From Mobula hypostoma (lineage: Eukaryota): a stretch of 64,000 bases of DNA. How positions within the stretch are numbered: position 1 is the first letter of the stretch; the number at the start of each line of letters is the position of its first letter. Made by a program: the position numbers and the translations under genes. Under the pieces are notes generated by a model. It worked only from the letters and a program-made list of their open reading frames with translations. It made no database searches and was not told the DNA's origin. Where the stretch lies: positions 103,542,001 through 103,606,000 of the forward strand of contig NC_086108.1 of assembly GCF_963921235.1 (NCBI RefSeq). The letters are read 5' to 3'. Of the stretch, positions 1 to 13,962 are shown piece after piece.

Positions 1-1239
1 ATTTTGCTGTCACAGCTTGAACCAGGTATTTCAACTCTTGCTAAAACCCATCAAGCTCAAGGATCACAATATATCAAAGCTGCTGTACAACACATGGGTA
101 CTCTGTAAGCTAGTTTTAAAGACAAATAAAAATTTAAAGCAGAATAATTTTTCTCTTGTTAGCATGTGGTAGAAATGTTTTTACACTATGGGGCACCAGA
201 AAGTATATTGTGCCTAAGAGGGGCATTGGCAAGTATGAAGGTGCTTTAGGGGGGCATTGGACTAAAAAAAAATTGTGAAACACTGATCTACATGTAAGAG
301 TCGCCATGCTCCTGGCACCAACATAACATGCCCACAACTTATGAATCCTAACCGCACATTTTTGGTAAGTGGGAGGAAACCGGAGCACTCAGAGGAAATC
401 CACATGGTCACCGGGTGGGGGGGGGGTGGTATAAACGTCCTACAGACAGCGGTGGGAATAGAACCCTGACTGGTGATCGCTGCTGCTGTAAAGCGATGCG
501 TCAGTAGAAATGGCTCTGCCAGGCTTAACAGCTAAGCTACACATGAAGGCCAGGAGCGGGACTTAGTTGTCAGAGGCTATTTGAAATGCACCTTCACTTG
601 GAGCATTTATTAGGCAGTGGGAGCTTATGTCCACTACCAGACCCGGCTATAACAACTTTAAGGAACCAGGGTAGAATGACAATTAGCATAATGCTTTACA
701 GCACCAGCAATCCAGGTTCAATTCCCGCTGCTGATTGTAAGGAGTTTGTATGTTCTTCCCATGACAATGTGGGAGTGTTTCAGTTTTCCACATTCCAAAG
801 ACGTACAAGTCAGTAGGTTAATTGGTCACATGGGTGTAAATGGGTAGAACAGGCTTGTTGAGCTAGAAGGTGCTGTTGCTGTGCTGTGTCTCTAAAAAAA
901 ACTGAGATGCTGTGCTCATCTGATGTGAGAAGCCCAGCTTAACTGAGCCAACTTCATCTGTCCCCACCCTCTGAGCTAACACTGAAGGATTGAAAGACAA
1001 AGGATCACTTGAGAAGTGCTGACTGAAGCAGAGAAACAGGTGTAACTGTACAGTGAGGATAGACTATTAAAGCAAATGGAACATTTATTTCACGTTAATA
1101 GTAATACATCTTCCAATTTTCAAATCCAGTGCTGAGGAAGGACATTTCATGCAGTTAAAATATTTTAAATACCCATTTTAATCGAAAGATTTTTATTAAA
1201 ACAAAATCCACCCAAACTGATTCCGTCTGATTAACAGCA

Positions 1240-1965
1240 TTAACACAAGAGATTCTGCAGATGCTGGAAATCCTGAGAAACACACACAAAATGCCAGAGG
1301 AACTCAGCAGGTCTGGCAGCATCAATGGAAATGAATAAACAGTCAACATTTCAGGTTGAGACCTTTCATCAGGATTTGAAAAGAAGGGGAGGTCAGATTA
1401 AGAAGATGTGGGAGGAGGAGAAATATTAGAAACTAAAAGGTGAAAGGTGAAGCCAGGTGGGATTTGGGGGGGGGGGATGAAGTAAGAAGCTGGGAGGTGA
1501 TAGGTAGAAAAGGTAAAGGACTGAAGGAACCTGATAGGAGAGGAGAGTGGATCATGGGAGAAAGGGAAGGAGGAGGGGCACCAGAGGGAGGTGATAGGCA
1601 GGTGAGAAGAGAAGAGGTAAGGGATGGGGGGGCAGAGTGTGGGATGGAAGAGGGTAGGGAATACTCTATCTGCTGCACCCGATGGTGCCTCCTTGACACT
1701 GGTGAGGCCTGACATAGATTATGGAACTACTTGGTCAAGCACCTTCGCTCCATCCGCAGCAAACAGGACTTCCCGGTGGCCAGCCATTTTAATTCCAATC
1801 CCCAATCTGACCTGTCGGTCCACGGCCTCCTCTACTGCCAGAATGAGACCGCTCTCAGGCTGGAGGAGCAACACCTCGTTCCAACTGGGTTGCCCCCAAA
1901 CCCGATCGAATGAACATCAATTTCTCCAACTTCCGGTAATCCTTCCCCCTCCCCCTTCTTTTTAC
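1240..1965. mobile_element. Penelope-like fragment: minus-strand terminal repeat (~1240-1660) joined to a plus-strand GIY-YIG fragment (~1665-1960)
   Basis: ORF 1731..1913 (HLRSI...PVASHFNS...VHGLLYC); terminal repeat motif gctggaggaactcagcagg. Confidence 0.8.
1341..1376 (-). ncRNA. Minimal hammerhead motif (Penelope terminal repeat), CpG-decayed
   Basis: Minus strand AAUC-CUGAUGA-AAGGUCUCAACCU-GAAA-UG-UU-GACU. Confidence 0.6.
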
Positions 1966-2029
1966 CAGTTTTTCACTACTAATCCAATTCTCAAATTTGC
2001 TCACAAAAAACACATCCACTCTTGAGATT

Positions 2030-2865
2030 AGATTCAAAGCAAAGTCAGAGTCAAAGTAAATTTATCAAAAGTATGTACGTCATCATATACTACCCTGAGA
2101 TTCTTTCTTCTTACAGCCATTTACAGGAAAATAAAATTTAACAGAATTCATGAAAAGCTATACATAACTAAAGACCGACAGACTACCAATGTGCAAAAGA
2201 AGGCAAATCACGCAAATAATGAGAGTAACTCACTTGAAAGAGAGTCCATAGGTTGTGAAGTCAGTTCAGTGTTAAGGTGAGTAAAGTTGTCCACACTGGT
2301 TCGGGAGCTTGATGGTTGAGGGTTAATAACTGTTCCTGAACCTGGTGGTGTGAGACTAAGGCTTTCGTACCTCCTGCTCGATGGTAATAGTGAGAAGAGA
2401 GCATGGCCTAGTCGATGGGGGTCATTGATAAGGCATGCTTTCTTGTGGCAGCACTCTTGTAGATGTGCGCAATGGTGGGGAAGGCCTTGCCTGTGATAGA
2501 CTGGACTGTATTCCCCACTTTCTGCAGATTTTTCCATTCCTGGGTATTGGTGTTTGCATACTGGGTCACAATGCAACCAGTCAGGATGCTCTCCACTGAG
2601 CACCTAAAGACATTTGTCAAAGTTTTAGATGATTTGTGGAATTTGTGCAAACTTCTAAGAAAGTAGAGACGGTGCAATGCTTTCTCGGTTATGGCAGTTA
2701 TGTGCTGGATCCAGGACAGATTCTCTGAAATGAGAATGCCAAGGAATTTCTGAAGTTGCTGTATCTCTCCAATTCTGATTCCCCCGATGAGGACTGGCTC
2801 TTGGACCTTTGGTTTCCTCCTCCTGTGGTCAATAATCACCTCCTTGGTCTTGTTGACATTGAGTG
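2030..2865 (-). mobile_element. Rex1-like LINE 3' part
   Basis: LNVNKTKEVIID, KFLGI, RLYFLR, VESILTGCI in ORF 2408..2974. Confidence 0.8.
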
Positions 2866-5079
2866 AGAGGGATAGGAATGTGAGGAAGTTAGGGGCCAGA
2901 TGAGGGTTAAAGGACAGTGATGTGGGAGCAGCACAGGTCAGGCTAGAGTCTCTAGGCCTCTTGTCCACGCTCAAAGGTCTGCATTATGTACAGGTTCTGT
3001 TGTTCTGCTGAGCATTGCAGGCATGCTATGTTGGAATGTGTGGTGACACTTGTGGTCTACCCCAGCACATCCTTGGGTGTGTTGGTTGTAAATGCAAATG
3101 ACACATCTCACTGTATATTGTGATAAATAAATCTGAATCTGAAGTAATCAAAAAGGAAGTTCCAATTGGAATCAGTGGTTCTGTAACAGTTACAAAGGAA
3201 TGAAAAATAATTTGCTAGCTGCAGATCCTTGCTGAAAAGCAAGTGTACAGATAAATGGCAGTGAGCATACCTTCATTTGTGGCTGTGATGTCCTCTCCTT
3301 CCCGTTTCATGCTGAGCAACAACCTGAACAAGGTTCAGAAGTCTCCCAGGTAAGCCGGGATCAGGGGCATGATGGAATGGCAGAGCAGACCCGAGAGGCC
3401 GATACAGAGGTCTACCAGATAAGCCGGGATCAGCCAGTACGTAACGGCAGAGCAGACTTTAAGGGTCAAAATGACTAATCCTGCAGCACGGTAGCATAGC
3501 AGTTAGCATAACGCTATTACAGCAGCAGTGAACGCTGATCAGGATTCCATTCCCACCACTGTCTGGGAGGAGTTTTACATTCTTCCCATGACATGGGCTT
3601 CCTCCGGGTTAGGGTTAGTAAGTTGTAGGCTGGCTATGTTGCAACTGTATGCATCGTGACATTAGCAGCTGCCCACAACACATCCTTGGACCGTGTCGGT
3701 CGATGAGGCTAATGATGCACTTTGCTGTGTTTATCCTATCAAAGCACTGCATGCGCAGGACCCTTTGCATTGTCAATGATCCCTCCCATCCATCCAACAA
3801 TCTCCTTGACCCCTATCATTAAGCAGGAGGTATTGTAGCATTAGTGCAAGAACTGTTAGGATGGGAAACAGCTAATTCCCCCAGGCCACAAGGCTGCTGA
3901 ACTTCCTACCACCTATGAAGCACCAGCAGTGTTATACTGTTTACTTTTTAAACTTGTGTCAGAAATGCATCTTGTTATCTGTTAATTTATTTGTGGTAAT
4001 ATTACTTTGTGTCGTGTGAGAGTAACATGTACTGTGTTCTGTACCCTGGTCCAGAGGAATGTTGTTTCATTTGGCGGTATACATGTATACGTTTGAATGA
4101 TAATAAAATTGAACTTGATCTACATGCAAGAAATAAAGCTCATCTTTTTAAAAAAATCTTAAATACAAAAGATCCTACAAGTGCTGGAAATCCAGAGCAA
4201 CACCAACGAAAATGAACAAACAATGTTTTGAGCTGAGACCGTTCAGGATTGGGGCCAATCTGAGGTCTGCAAGAGAGCATGCTTCAAGATGCATGGAAAG
4301 CATCTGACTCGAGATGGAACACTTGGCCAAGTACTAAAGACCTATGCTGGTCAACTGGCCGCAGTGTCTGAGGTACCCACCTGTTTCAAACAGGTTTCAA
4401 TTGTACTGTGCCTGAGAAGAACGTGGTAACCTGCCTCAGTGATTATCATTCAGTAGCACTTCCATCCACAGTGATGAAGTGTTTCGTGAGGTTGATGATG
4501 AAACATCAATTCCTGCTTAAGCTGCATCTCCATCTGGTATGAGAACAGCAGAGCATTGGACTGGAAGTCCCGACAAAGGACAATGAGAACAGCTGAGAGG
4601 ATCATAGGGGTCTCCCTACCATCCTCCGGGAACATTTATCAGGAGCGCTGTGTACACAGGGCCCTTAGTATTATCAAGGATCCCATCCATCCATCCAGCA
4701 TCCTCTTTGACCTTCTGCCATCGGACAGGAGACTCCAATGCATAAAGACAAGAATGGTCAAGATGGAAAACAGTTTCTTCCTTCAGGCCATTAGGCTTCT
4801 GAACTCCCTGCCACACTGTATTCAAAGTGTCATCGATTAATTTGTTCTGCACCCTACAATATTTAATTTACGCACTTTGCTTATCTATACGTAATTCATT
4901 TGTAGATTTTATTCTTACTTTCCTAGTTATTGCATGTTATGTGTACTACTGTGTTTTACCATAGGACCATAAAATATAGCAGCAGAATTAGACCATTTGG
5001 CCCATCGAGTCTGCTCTGCCATTTCATCATGCCTGATTCATTTTCCCTCTCAGCTCCCATCTCAGGCCTTCTCTCCATA

Positions 5080-6618
5080 AGACCACAAGATATAGGAGCA
5101 GAAGTAGGCCATTCGGACCATCGAGTCTGCTCCGCCATTCAATCAGGGACTGATCCAATTCTTCCAGTCATCCCCACTCCTCTGTTTTCTCCCCATACCC
5201 TCTGATGCCCTAGCTAATCAAGAACCTATCTATCTCTGTCTTATATACACCCAATGACTTGGCCTCCACAGCCGCTCATGGCAACAAATTCCACAGATTT
5301 ACCACCTTCTAACTAAAGTAATTTCTCTGCATCTCTGTTCTAAGTGGAGGTCTTTCAATCCTGAAGACATGCCCTCTTGTCCTAGACTCCTCTACCAGGG
5401 GAAATAACTTAGCCATATCTAATTTGTTCAGGCCTTTTAACATTCAGAATGTTTCAATGAGATCCCCCCTTATTCTCCTGAACTCCAGGGAATACAGCCC
5501 AAGAGCTGCCAGACGTTCCTCATAAGGTAACCCTTTCATTCCTGGAATCATTCTCGTGACTCTTCTCTGAACCCTCTCCAATGTCAGTTTATCATTTCTA
5601 AAATAAGCAGCCCAAAACTGCATACAATACTCCAAGTGTGGTCTCATGAGTGCCTTATGGAGTCTCAGGAGCAGGGATGTAATGTTGAGACTCTATAAGG
5701 CACTCATGAGACCACACTTGGAGTATCCCTGCTCCTATATTCTAGACCTCTAGAAATGAATGCCAACATTGCATTTGCCTTCTTCACCACCGACTCATCC
5801 TGGAGGTTAACAGTTAGGGTATCCTGCACAAGGACTCCCAAGTCCCTTTGCATCTCTGCATTTTGAATTCTCTCCCCATCTTAATAATAGACTGCCCATT
5901 TATTTCTTCCACCAAAGTGCATGACCATCCACTTTCCAACATTGTATTTCATTTGCCACTTCTTTGTCCATTCCCCTAAACTATCTAAGTCTCTCTGCAG
6001 GTTCTCTGTTTCCTCAACGCTACCCGCTCCTCCACCTATCTTTGTATCTTCAGCAAATTTAGCCACAAATCCATTAATCCCACAGTCCAAATCATTGACA
6101 TACATCGTAAAAAGCAGTGGTCCCAACACTGACCCCTGTGGAATTCCACTGGTAACCAGCAGCCAGCCAGAATAGGATCCCTTTATTCCCACTCTCTGTT
6201 TTCTGCCGTTCAGCCAATGCTCCACCCACGTTAGTAACTTCCCTGTAATTCCGTGGGCTCTTATCTTGCCAAGTAGCCTCATGTGTGGCACCTTGTCAAA
6301 GGTCTTCTGAAAATCCAAGTACACTATATCCACTGCATCTCCTTTGTCTACCCTGCTTGTAATTTCCTCAAAAAATTGCAGTAGGTTAGTCAGGCAGGGT
6401 TTTCCTTTCAGTAAAGCATGCTGGCTTTGGCCTATCTTGTCATGTGCCTCCAGGTACTTCATAATCTCAACCCTAACAATCGATTCCAACAACTTCCCAA
6501 CCACTGATATCAGGATAACAGGTCTATAGCTTCCTTTCTGCTGCCTTCCACCCTTCTTAAATAGCGGAGTAACATTTACAGTTTTCCACTCACCCGTTAC
6601 AATGCCAGAATCTATCGA
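5080..6618 (-). mobile_element. CR1 LINE 3' part (RT)
   Basis: ORFs 5881..6504 and 5444..5647: YLDFQKTFDKVPH, GIPQGSVLGP, RPHLEYC. A second CR1 3' tail lies at ~4957-5078. Confidence 0.9.
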
Positions 6619-6619
6619 A

Positions 6620-7390
6620 TCTAACCATATCCCCTCATGCCCTGATTAACCAAGAATCCATCAACCTCTGCCCAGTGACTTGGCCTGTGGAAACAAATTC
6701 CACAGATACGTCACCCTCTGGCTAAAGAAATTCCTCTTCCTTTTCATTTTAGAAGGATGGACGCTCTTTTCCAAGCTGTGACTTCTAGTCTTGGACTCCC
6801 CCCACGACAGGAAACATCCTCTCCACATACACTCTCTCTCGAGGCCTTTCATCATTCAATAGATTTTAATGAGGTCACCCGCATCTTCTGAATTCCAGTG
6901 AGTAGAGGTCCAGAGCCATCAAACACTCCTTATATGCCAAGCCTTTCAATCCCAGAAAATTTTTTGTGAACCTAATTTGAATCCTTAGTTTTTCTTAGAT
7001 ACGGGGCCTAAAACTGCTCACAATACTCCAAATGAGGCCTCACAGTTTCAACATTACATCCTTACTTTTATATTGTAGTCCTCTTGAAATGGAAGCCACC
7101 ATTTCTTTTGCCTTCTTCACCATCAACTCGACCTGCAAATTAACTTTTAGGAAATCCTGCATGAGGACTTCCCAAGTTTCTTTGCATGTCAAATTTTTGA
7201 ATTATCTCTCCATTTAGAAAATAGTCTACACTTTTATTTATTTTCCAAAGAGCAGGACTGTACACTTCTCGACATTGTATTCTATCTGCCACTTCTTTGT
7301 CCAGTTTCCTAATCTAAGCCCTTCTGTAGCTCTTTGCTTCGACAAAACTACCTGCCCCCCCCCCGCCACGCATCTTTGTATTGTCCATTA
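6620..7390 (-). mobile_element. Older CR1 3' remnant
   Basis: Decayed CR1 C-terminal sequence (RNFFSQRV..LWN). Confidence 0.8.
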
Positions 7391-7465
7391 CACCATGGTC
7401 TGAAGAAACGTTGTCTTGTTTGGCAGTATCCATGTATATAGTTAAATGACAATAAATTCTACTTG

Positions 7466-8810
7466 TCTGGAGAAGCGACTTGGATCCACTCCAATTTACC
7501 TACTGGCACAACAGGTCCACAGCAGGTGCCATTTCACTGGTTCTTCACTCATTCCTGGAACATCAGGACAGCAAAAATGCATATGTCAGGATGCTCATTA
7601 TCAACTACAGCTCATCATTCACTACTATAATCCCCTCTAAACTAATAAATAAGCTTCAAGACCTTGGCCTCAATACAGTACTCCTTGTGAAATTAGATCC
7701 TGGATTTAGTCACTTGCAGACCCTAGTCAGTTCAGATTGGTAACAGCATCTCCTCCATAACCTCAATCAGCAAAGGTGTACCACAAGGCTGTGGGCTTTG
7801 CTCACTGTTCTTCTCACTTTACACTTATAACTGTATGGCTCCGCACAGCTCCAATGCCACATTTAAGTTTGCTGATAACACCATGGCTATTGGCCGAATC
7901 AAAGGTGGCGATGAGTCAGCATACAGAAGGAAGGATGAAAATCTGACTGAGTGGTGTCACAACATCCATCTCTTGCTCAGTGTCAGCAAGACCAAGAAGC
8001 TGATCATCAACTTCAGGAGGAAGAAACTGTTGGTCCAAGAACCAGTCCTCATCAGGGGATAAGAGGTGGAGAGAATCAGTAATTAAGTTCCTTGGTGCTA
8101 TCATTTCAGAGGACCTGTCCTGCAAAGATTTGGCATAACATGTAAAACTTCGACAAACTTCTATAGATGTGTGGTGGAGAGTATATGGACTGGCTACAGC
8201 ACAACCTGGTATGGAAACACCAATGCCCTTGAACAGAAAATCCTACAAAAGGTAATGAATACAACCCAGTCCATCATGGGTAAAGCCCTCCACACCAATG
8301 AATACATCCGCATAGCGCATTGTCACAGGAAAGAAGTATCCATCATCAGAAACCACTCCCCACACACCACCACCATCCCGGTAATGCTCTTTTCTTGCTG
8401 CTACAATCAGGAAACAGATGCAGGAGCCTCAGGATCCACACCACCAGATTCAAGAACAGTTAGTACCCCTCAACCATCAGGGTCTTCAACCAAAGGGGAT
8501 ACCTTCACTCATCTTCACTTGTCTCATTACTGAACAGTTCACACAACCTATGGACTCACTTTAAAGGGTACTTTATCTTTCAATATTTATTGCTTCCTTA
8601 TTTATTATTATTGTTTCCTTTTCTCTTTTTATTTGCACGATTTGTTGTCTTTTGCACACTGGTTGTCACCCAGCTAGATGTGGTCTTTCATTGATCCTAT
8701 TATTATGGTTATTGGATTTACTGAGCATGTCTGCAAGAAAACAAATCTCAGGGTTGTATATGGCAACATACACACATGTACATTGACAATAATTTTACTT
8801 TTGATCTTTG
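7466..8810 (+). mobile_element. Rex1-like LINE RT and 3' end (decayed)
   Basis: DPLQFTY, FKFADN, VESIWTG in the ORF track. Confidence 0.8.
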
Positions 8811-9312
8811 ACACTGTAATGTTCTCAGTTTGCCTAGTCACCTCCTGCATCTTTAATCACCAAGCCAAAGGGTTAACCATTTCTCTCGCCAGATATGGCC
8901 TGACCTATGTGGCTCGGAACTGTTATGATACAGAAGTCCATTCAGCCCATCAAAGCGCTGATGACTCTTAGGGCAGCTATTCTCCTATACTTTTTCACAG
9001 GCCTGCAAATTGTTTTTCTTAGTAGCCTATTCAGTCAACTTTTGGCAACCTTGATCAATTCAGTTTATCCCACCCATAGTGGCAACAAGCTCCAGATTTT
9101 ACAAATATTCCTCATATCCTTGATGAATTGTTTGCCTGGAATGTTTGAAAATCAGCTTTCTGGTCCTTGAAATACATACTAATGGGAACTAGTTCTCTTT
9201 ATTCACCCTATCTAAATCAGTCATCATTTAAGATGCACTTGGCTAGGTATATGGAGAGGCTGGTCTTGGGTGGGGATGTCGTGGATATCAGTGAAATATA
9301 GGAAATTGTTGT

Positions 9313-9829
9313 GGGGGGTGCATGAATTGTCCAGGGAAGGGTAGCAGCTCTGGTGAAGGGGCTTGTCATGTCCATTCTGGGGCAGCTCACTCACCTTTGG
9401 TCCTCACCAGACACTCAGCTCTCACCTGTGGCTCTAAGTAGCTGTTTGCATGTGACAGCGGCCACAGTCTAGTATACCGTTTCAACAGGCGGGCTAAACT
9501 AGGTGAGGATAGCTGGTGGACCTCATACCCTGGTGAGATAGCGACATGCCTGTTCTAGCAGTGAACTGGGCGGATGAGATCAACAGTGAAATCCAACAGC
9601 CAAGAAGACTGTTCTGTAATGCTCTGTGCAGAGCGAAGGGCATGACAAAGCACAGGTGTAGTCATGGTCATCCACTGCAACCAAGGAATACCTTGGTTTG
9701 TGACGGCTGCTCATGCCACTGGACTCTGAGATCGTAAGACTGAACTGCCCTAGTGCATCGGCTTTTCCACTTTTAAAACTCTCCCACACGGGTCTCCTGT
9801 CATTGTTGGATATGGTGGACTGCCAACAC
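9313..9829 (+). repeat. ~500-bp unclassified interspersed repeat, copy 1 (copy 2 at ~13465..13962)
   Basis: The two copies align over their length, e.g. cctcataccctggtgagatag and gaagggcatgaca. Confidence 0.8.
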
Positions 9830-10054
9830 AGGATATTGGGACTAGACGGATGGCACCGTGGTCGGAATGAATTGGTTGGACAGGAGGGCCTGTATCTGTG
9901 CTGTATGGCTCTATGACCCTAGAACATCAACTGCTGCTAAACAATACACCCAGGGCTTTCTGTTCATTCACACCCGGTGTAGATATATACTTGTCAGGGA
10001 TAACCAGAGACGCAAGAGAAAGTCAGAATATCAAAGTGTAAATAGAGGGGGAGG

Positions 10055-12437
10055 GGAAGAGCTCATGTCACTTATTTATTGAACATTACTGTAAAGGATT
10101 GAAAGGCAAAGAAAACATTCTCTACTTATGCATTCCAACTTTACTTCCACAGTTCCAGATTTGTATCAGTGCAGCACGTGTTCACATTTATGATTCTAAA
10201 GTCAAACGACATGCACAGGTGAGAGGGAGAGTGCTTCATTCTAAATGCTGCTGGAGCCTGATTCTGCTAATGTACAATTAAATTATTCATACAATCCTTA
10301 CAAATGATTATTCGTTAAAAAAATGCAGTAAGATCATCATCATTTCTACAAAGTGCAAGTTAAACTTAAATCAGTCACAGTTGCAGTTGAGATTTACAGG
10401 TGCATTTAAAAAATAAATTAATACAAAAAACGCTCAAGGGATAAACCTGTTGGAAAGAAAAGTGTTACATTCCTACTAACATGTTGTTCGAAATTGATGG
10501 AACATTCCTCTGAGGCACATGCTAAGGAGACTGATATTTAAAGGATCAACTCAAGGTTGTCACACAAGAATAATTAGTCAGTTTAACGTGCTTCAGGCTT
10601 GTTTTTGCAACAGCTACATAGTGTTTGCCTAGTGAAGAATCACCTGCATTTTTAGTGGAATATTCCTGAGAAACTACACAAGAATTATACTCAGAGTCTG
10701 AACCGAACTCAACCACAAATGAAAGGCTGATGCACTGAGTTTACCTTTCTTGATTATTCTGAAGGTGGAGTGTGAAATCTGTAAACTTATGGTGTTAAAA
10801 CAAGTTTTGCTTCAGCGAGCTGCCAAGAGGAAGTATTTCTAAGGCTGGGGGCTCCATCCATGAGGGTCAGCAAACTTTATGGAGCAGCTGGCCATTCTCT
10901 GCCTGCCAATGTGGTGTTAGCAGGTCCACAGATGTCATTGAAGGGAACATGTGTATTTTATGATCTTTAAAAGCAAATATGCCAGAAAATTGGTGTGGGA
11001 AAATTGCAGCTAAATATGTTGCTGAGGTAAAAAAAAATGACATCTCCTCTCAAGCAGCCCAAAATGCTTTACTTAGGGAAAATTCCTTTTAAAATAATGC
11101 ATTCTTAGCAGAGTATACACAAATGCTGATATGGATTTAATGGAATTGGTTGGGTCAGGATTCTGGGATCTTTAGATCTTGGATGTGGGACAGATGTTGA
11201 CAGTCTTGTAGGAGGACAGCATCCTCAATTCCCTCAGCAGTACACCAGAGTGGGCTGTTGAGAGAATGTCCCGGCATAGGGTTGATCTTTTGCCTAGAGT
11301 ACTGGTACCTCTATAGCACCTCCAACAGTACAGCAGTGTAAATTGGATGTTAAAATCTCCAGAGGGGAGTTTGAATCCACAACCGTAAAACTCAGACAAA
11401 ACTGACAGTAACTGAGTGTTAATTAATTTAGGAGTGGTTCTACAGCAAAGAAGATAGTCAAAGTAATTCAATAAGCTGGACCAGGACAACATCCCATGTA
11501 CCATCAATTTACAGGTCATGCCATTCAGAGATTTGAGCTATATTATTTTTCTTCTGTATTGTTTTTTGTTCTCGTAATCATAGAGGCTTTATGTGCTATG
11601 TGCTGTTGATAATATGTTTTGTACCTTGGCATGAAAAGAACTGTTTTGCTTGGCTATATTCATGAATGGTTGAATGTTACACACTAATTTAACAAGTTTT
11701 CATAAAAAAGAAAATTGGAAAGGATGTAAACAATGAAAGATAATTACAATTGGTTTACAAATTGATGAATAGAAACGTGCTCACTCTCCCTATAATTTAG
11801 AAACCTATTATACCAAGAGAGAGGCAATATTACTGAAATTTAATAGCCATTGACAGAAGGTAGAGAAAGCAAGTTATATCCAATTGAAGAGCTAGCATGA
11901 AAATATTGGGCCGAATGGCTTTCTTTATGAAATGAATAAAGAATAATGGGCTGAATATTATAATTTCTATCAATGTGTGCATGAGTTAACTTGGCCTAGA
12001 CATTATACTTCGACTCATGTTTATAATTGTTGTGAGCTCTCAGGAATATTCTCTTACCTGCTTACTGTCACAAGGACAAGGCATTTGCAATTTTCAATGT
12101 GTTATCCACAGTGCAGTGCAAAAAAAAAATCAGTGCTTTCCTGAGTTGACTTAATATAAGCAACTTGGTTCATACTAGTACACTTTCAGTGCATGGGCCT
12201 TTCACAACCAAATCTACATCAGATATCACCTAGAAAACACATCCATCTTTCAGTACAGGCAGACCAGAAACCTACATTAAACTACGTTACAAAACAGGGA
12301 TTACTTTGTGATTGTCCCAAACACATACTGTAATGCCACTGCAAGAATTATATTCAGAAAATATCTCACATCCTGGAATGCTTAAGCTTCAGCATAATTC
12401 ATCTCAGTTTCAGTTTTTTAACGTTTGCCTTTAACCA
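10055..12437 (-). other. USP33: Probable USP33 3'UTR (~2.4 kb)
   Basis: Long AT-rich stretch after the stop, nearly free of young repeats, ending near AATAAA at 10075-10080 (minus strand). The end point is inferred. Confidence 0.5.
10075..10080 (-). terminator. Candidate polyadenylation signal AATAAA for USP33
   Basis: tttatt on the + strand, at the boundary between unique sequence and repeat-dense DNA. Confidence 0.4.
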
Positions 12438-12592
12438 TTATTGGACAGGGCGGATTTCAACCTCATTTTTTTCTTCTACACATGACACATCCTGGTGGCT
12501 GACGCTCTGCCGCAGAGCGACCTCTGGGCCCCCTCCATAGATGGAGTGCAGGAAGTTCCATGTCTCCTCTGAAATTTGGCCGGAATCCGCTC
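12438..12592 (-). CDS. USP33: USP33 last coding exon (155 nt): (G)[50 protein letters not shown]
   Basis: Acceptor tcacccag|GA; TAA at 12438-12440. The sum of the 8 exons is 996 nt, in frame. Confidence 0.95.
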
Positions 12593-13464
12593 CTGGGTGA
12601 GAAAGTTACATAATTTGGTTATCAACACCACCCAAAAATAGATCGCATTTTACACCTCTTGGGACTCAATCATGTAAAAGCGACCTCGTAAAATCACAAC
12701 CTTTATTGAAAATGTCTTGAATGAGTTTTTGAATTTGCTAAGACAAAGCTGATATTTTATTTTTGATACCTCTACAAGTGGCCAAGTTAATTGGCTCTAA
12801 ATCAACCAGGACAGTATGGTAGTGTAGGGGTTCATGTATCGCTATTACAGTGCTGGTGGGTTTAATTCCACCGCTATTTGCAAGGAGTTTGTATGTTCTC
12901 CTTGTGAATGTGTGGATTTATGATTTCATTTATTTATTTTATTTCATTTATGATTTATGATAAGAGATTTCATTTAGAAATTTCTTGCAGAACACCCATT
13001 TAACATCACTCTAATCACAGGACAATTTACAATGACCAATTGACCTAATAACCGGTACCTATCTGGTCTGTGAGAGAAAACTGGAACACCCAGAGGAAAC
13101 CCACATGGTCACGGGGAGAACGTGGAATAGGTGGCATCGGAATTGAAATCCGAAGTCTGGAACACCCCGAGTTGTAATAGCACCATGCGACCATAGTGCC
13201 CAAGCCAGAATTCATCCAGGTGCTCAGGTTTCCTCCCACATTCCAAAGATGTCGAGGGTTTGTATGTTAATTAGTCGCATGGTGTATTTGGGCAGTGAAG
13301 GCTCGTTGGGCTGGAAGGGCTTGTTATCGTGCTATATCTCTAATAGATAAATAAATAACAATGTCTGATTTGCATTATTACAAAAGTCTCAGCAAAACCA
13401 GATAAATCAAGTTCACAGATTGAGAGATTTGCATACCAAATCCTAGCATCTGTCAATTGTCTGG

Positions 13465-13962
13465 GGAGTATGTGTCTAGAGAGGGGGTTAGCACCTCTGG
13501 TGAACGGCAGCTTACTCACCTTTGGACCCCAGCGGACACTCAGCTCTCCAAGTAGCTGTTTGCACGTGACAGTGGCCACCCTCTGGTACGCCGCTTCGAT
13601 ATGCGGGCTAAACCAGGTGAGGGTAGATGGCGGCCTCATACCCTGGTGAGATAGGGTATGCCTGTCCTAGCTTGTGAAGTCAGTTCTGGCAGACTGGGTG
13701 GATGAGATCTACAGTGAAATCCAATGGCCAGGAAGGCAGTACTGCAACACTCTGTGCAGAACGAAGGGCATGACAGAGCACAGGAGATGTTATGGTTATC
13801 CACTGCAACCAAGAAAGACCTCAGTTTGTGACACTTGTTTGTACCACTAGACCTGAACTTCTGAGGTCAAGACATTGGAAAAGCCCCAGTAGAATGGCTT
13901 TTCCACTTTAACACCTCTCCTCATAGGTTTCTTGTTATTGTCTGACACGATAAACATCCACC
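13465..13962 (+). repeat. ~500-bp unclassified interspersed repeat, copy 2
   Basis: Aligns with 9313..9829. Confidence 0.8.

Noticed and set aside
3335..3480. Short tandem duplication (aagccgggatcag...ggcagagcagac)
   Set aside because: Duplicated CR1 3'-end remnant; unremarkable.
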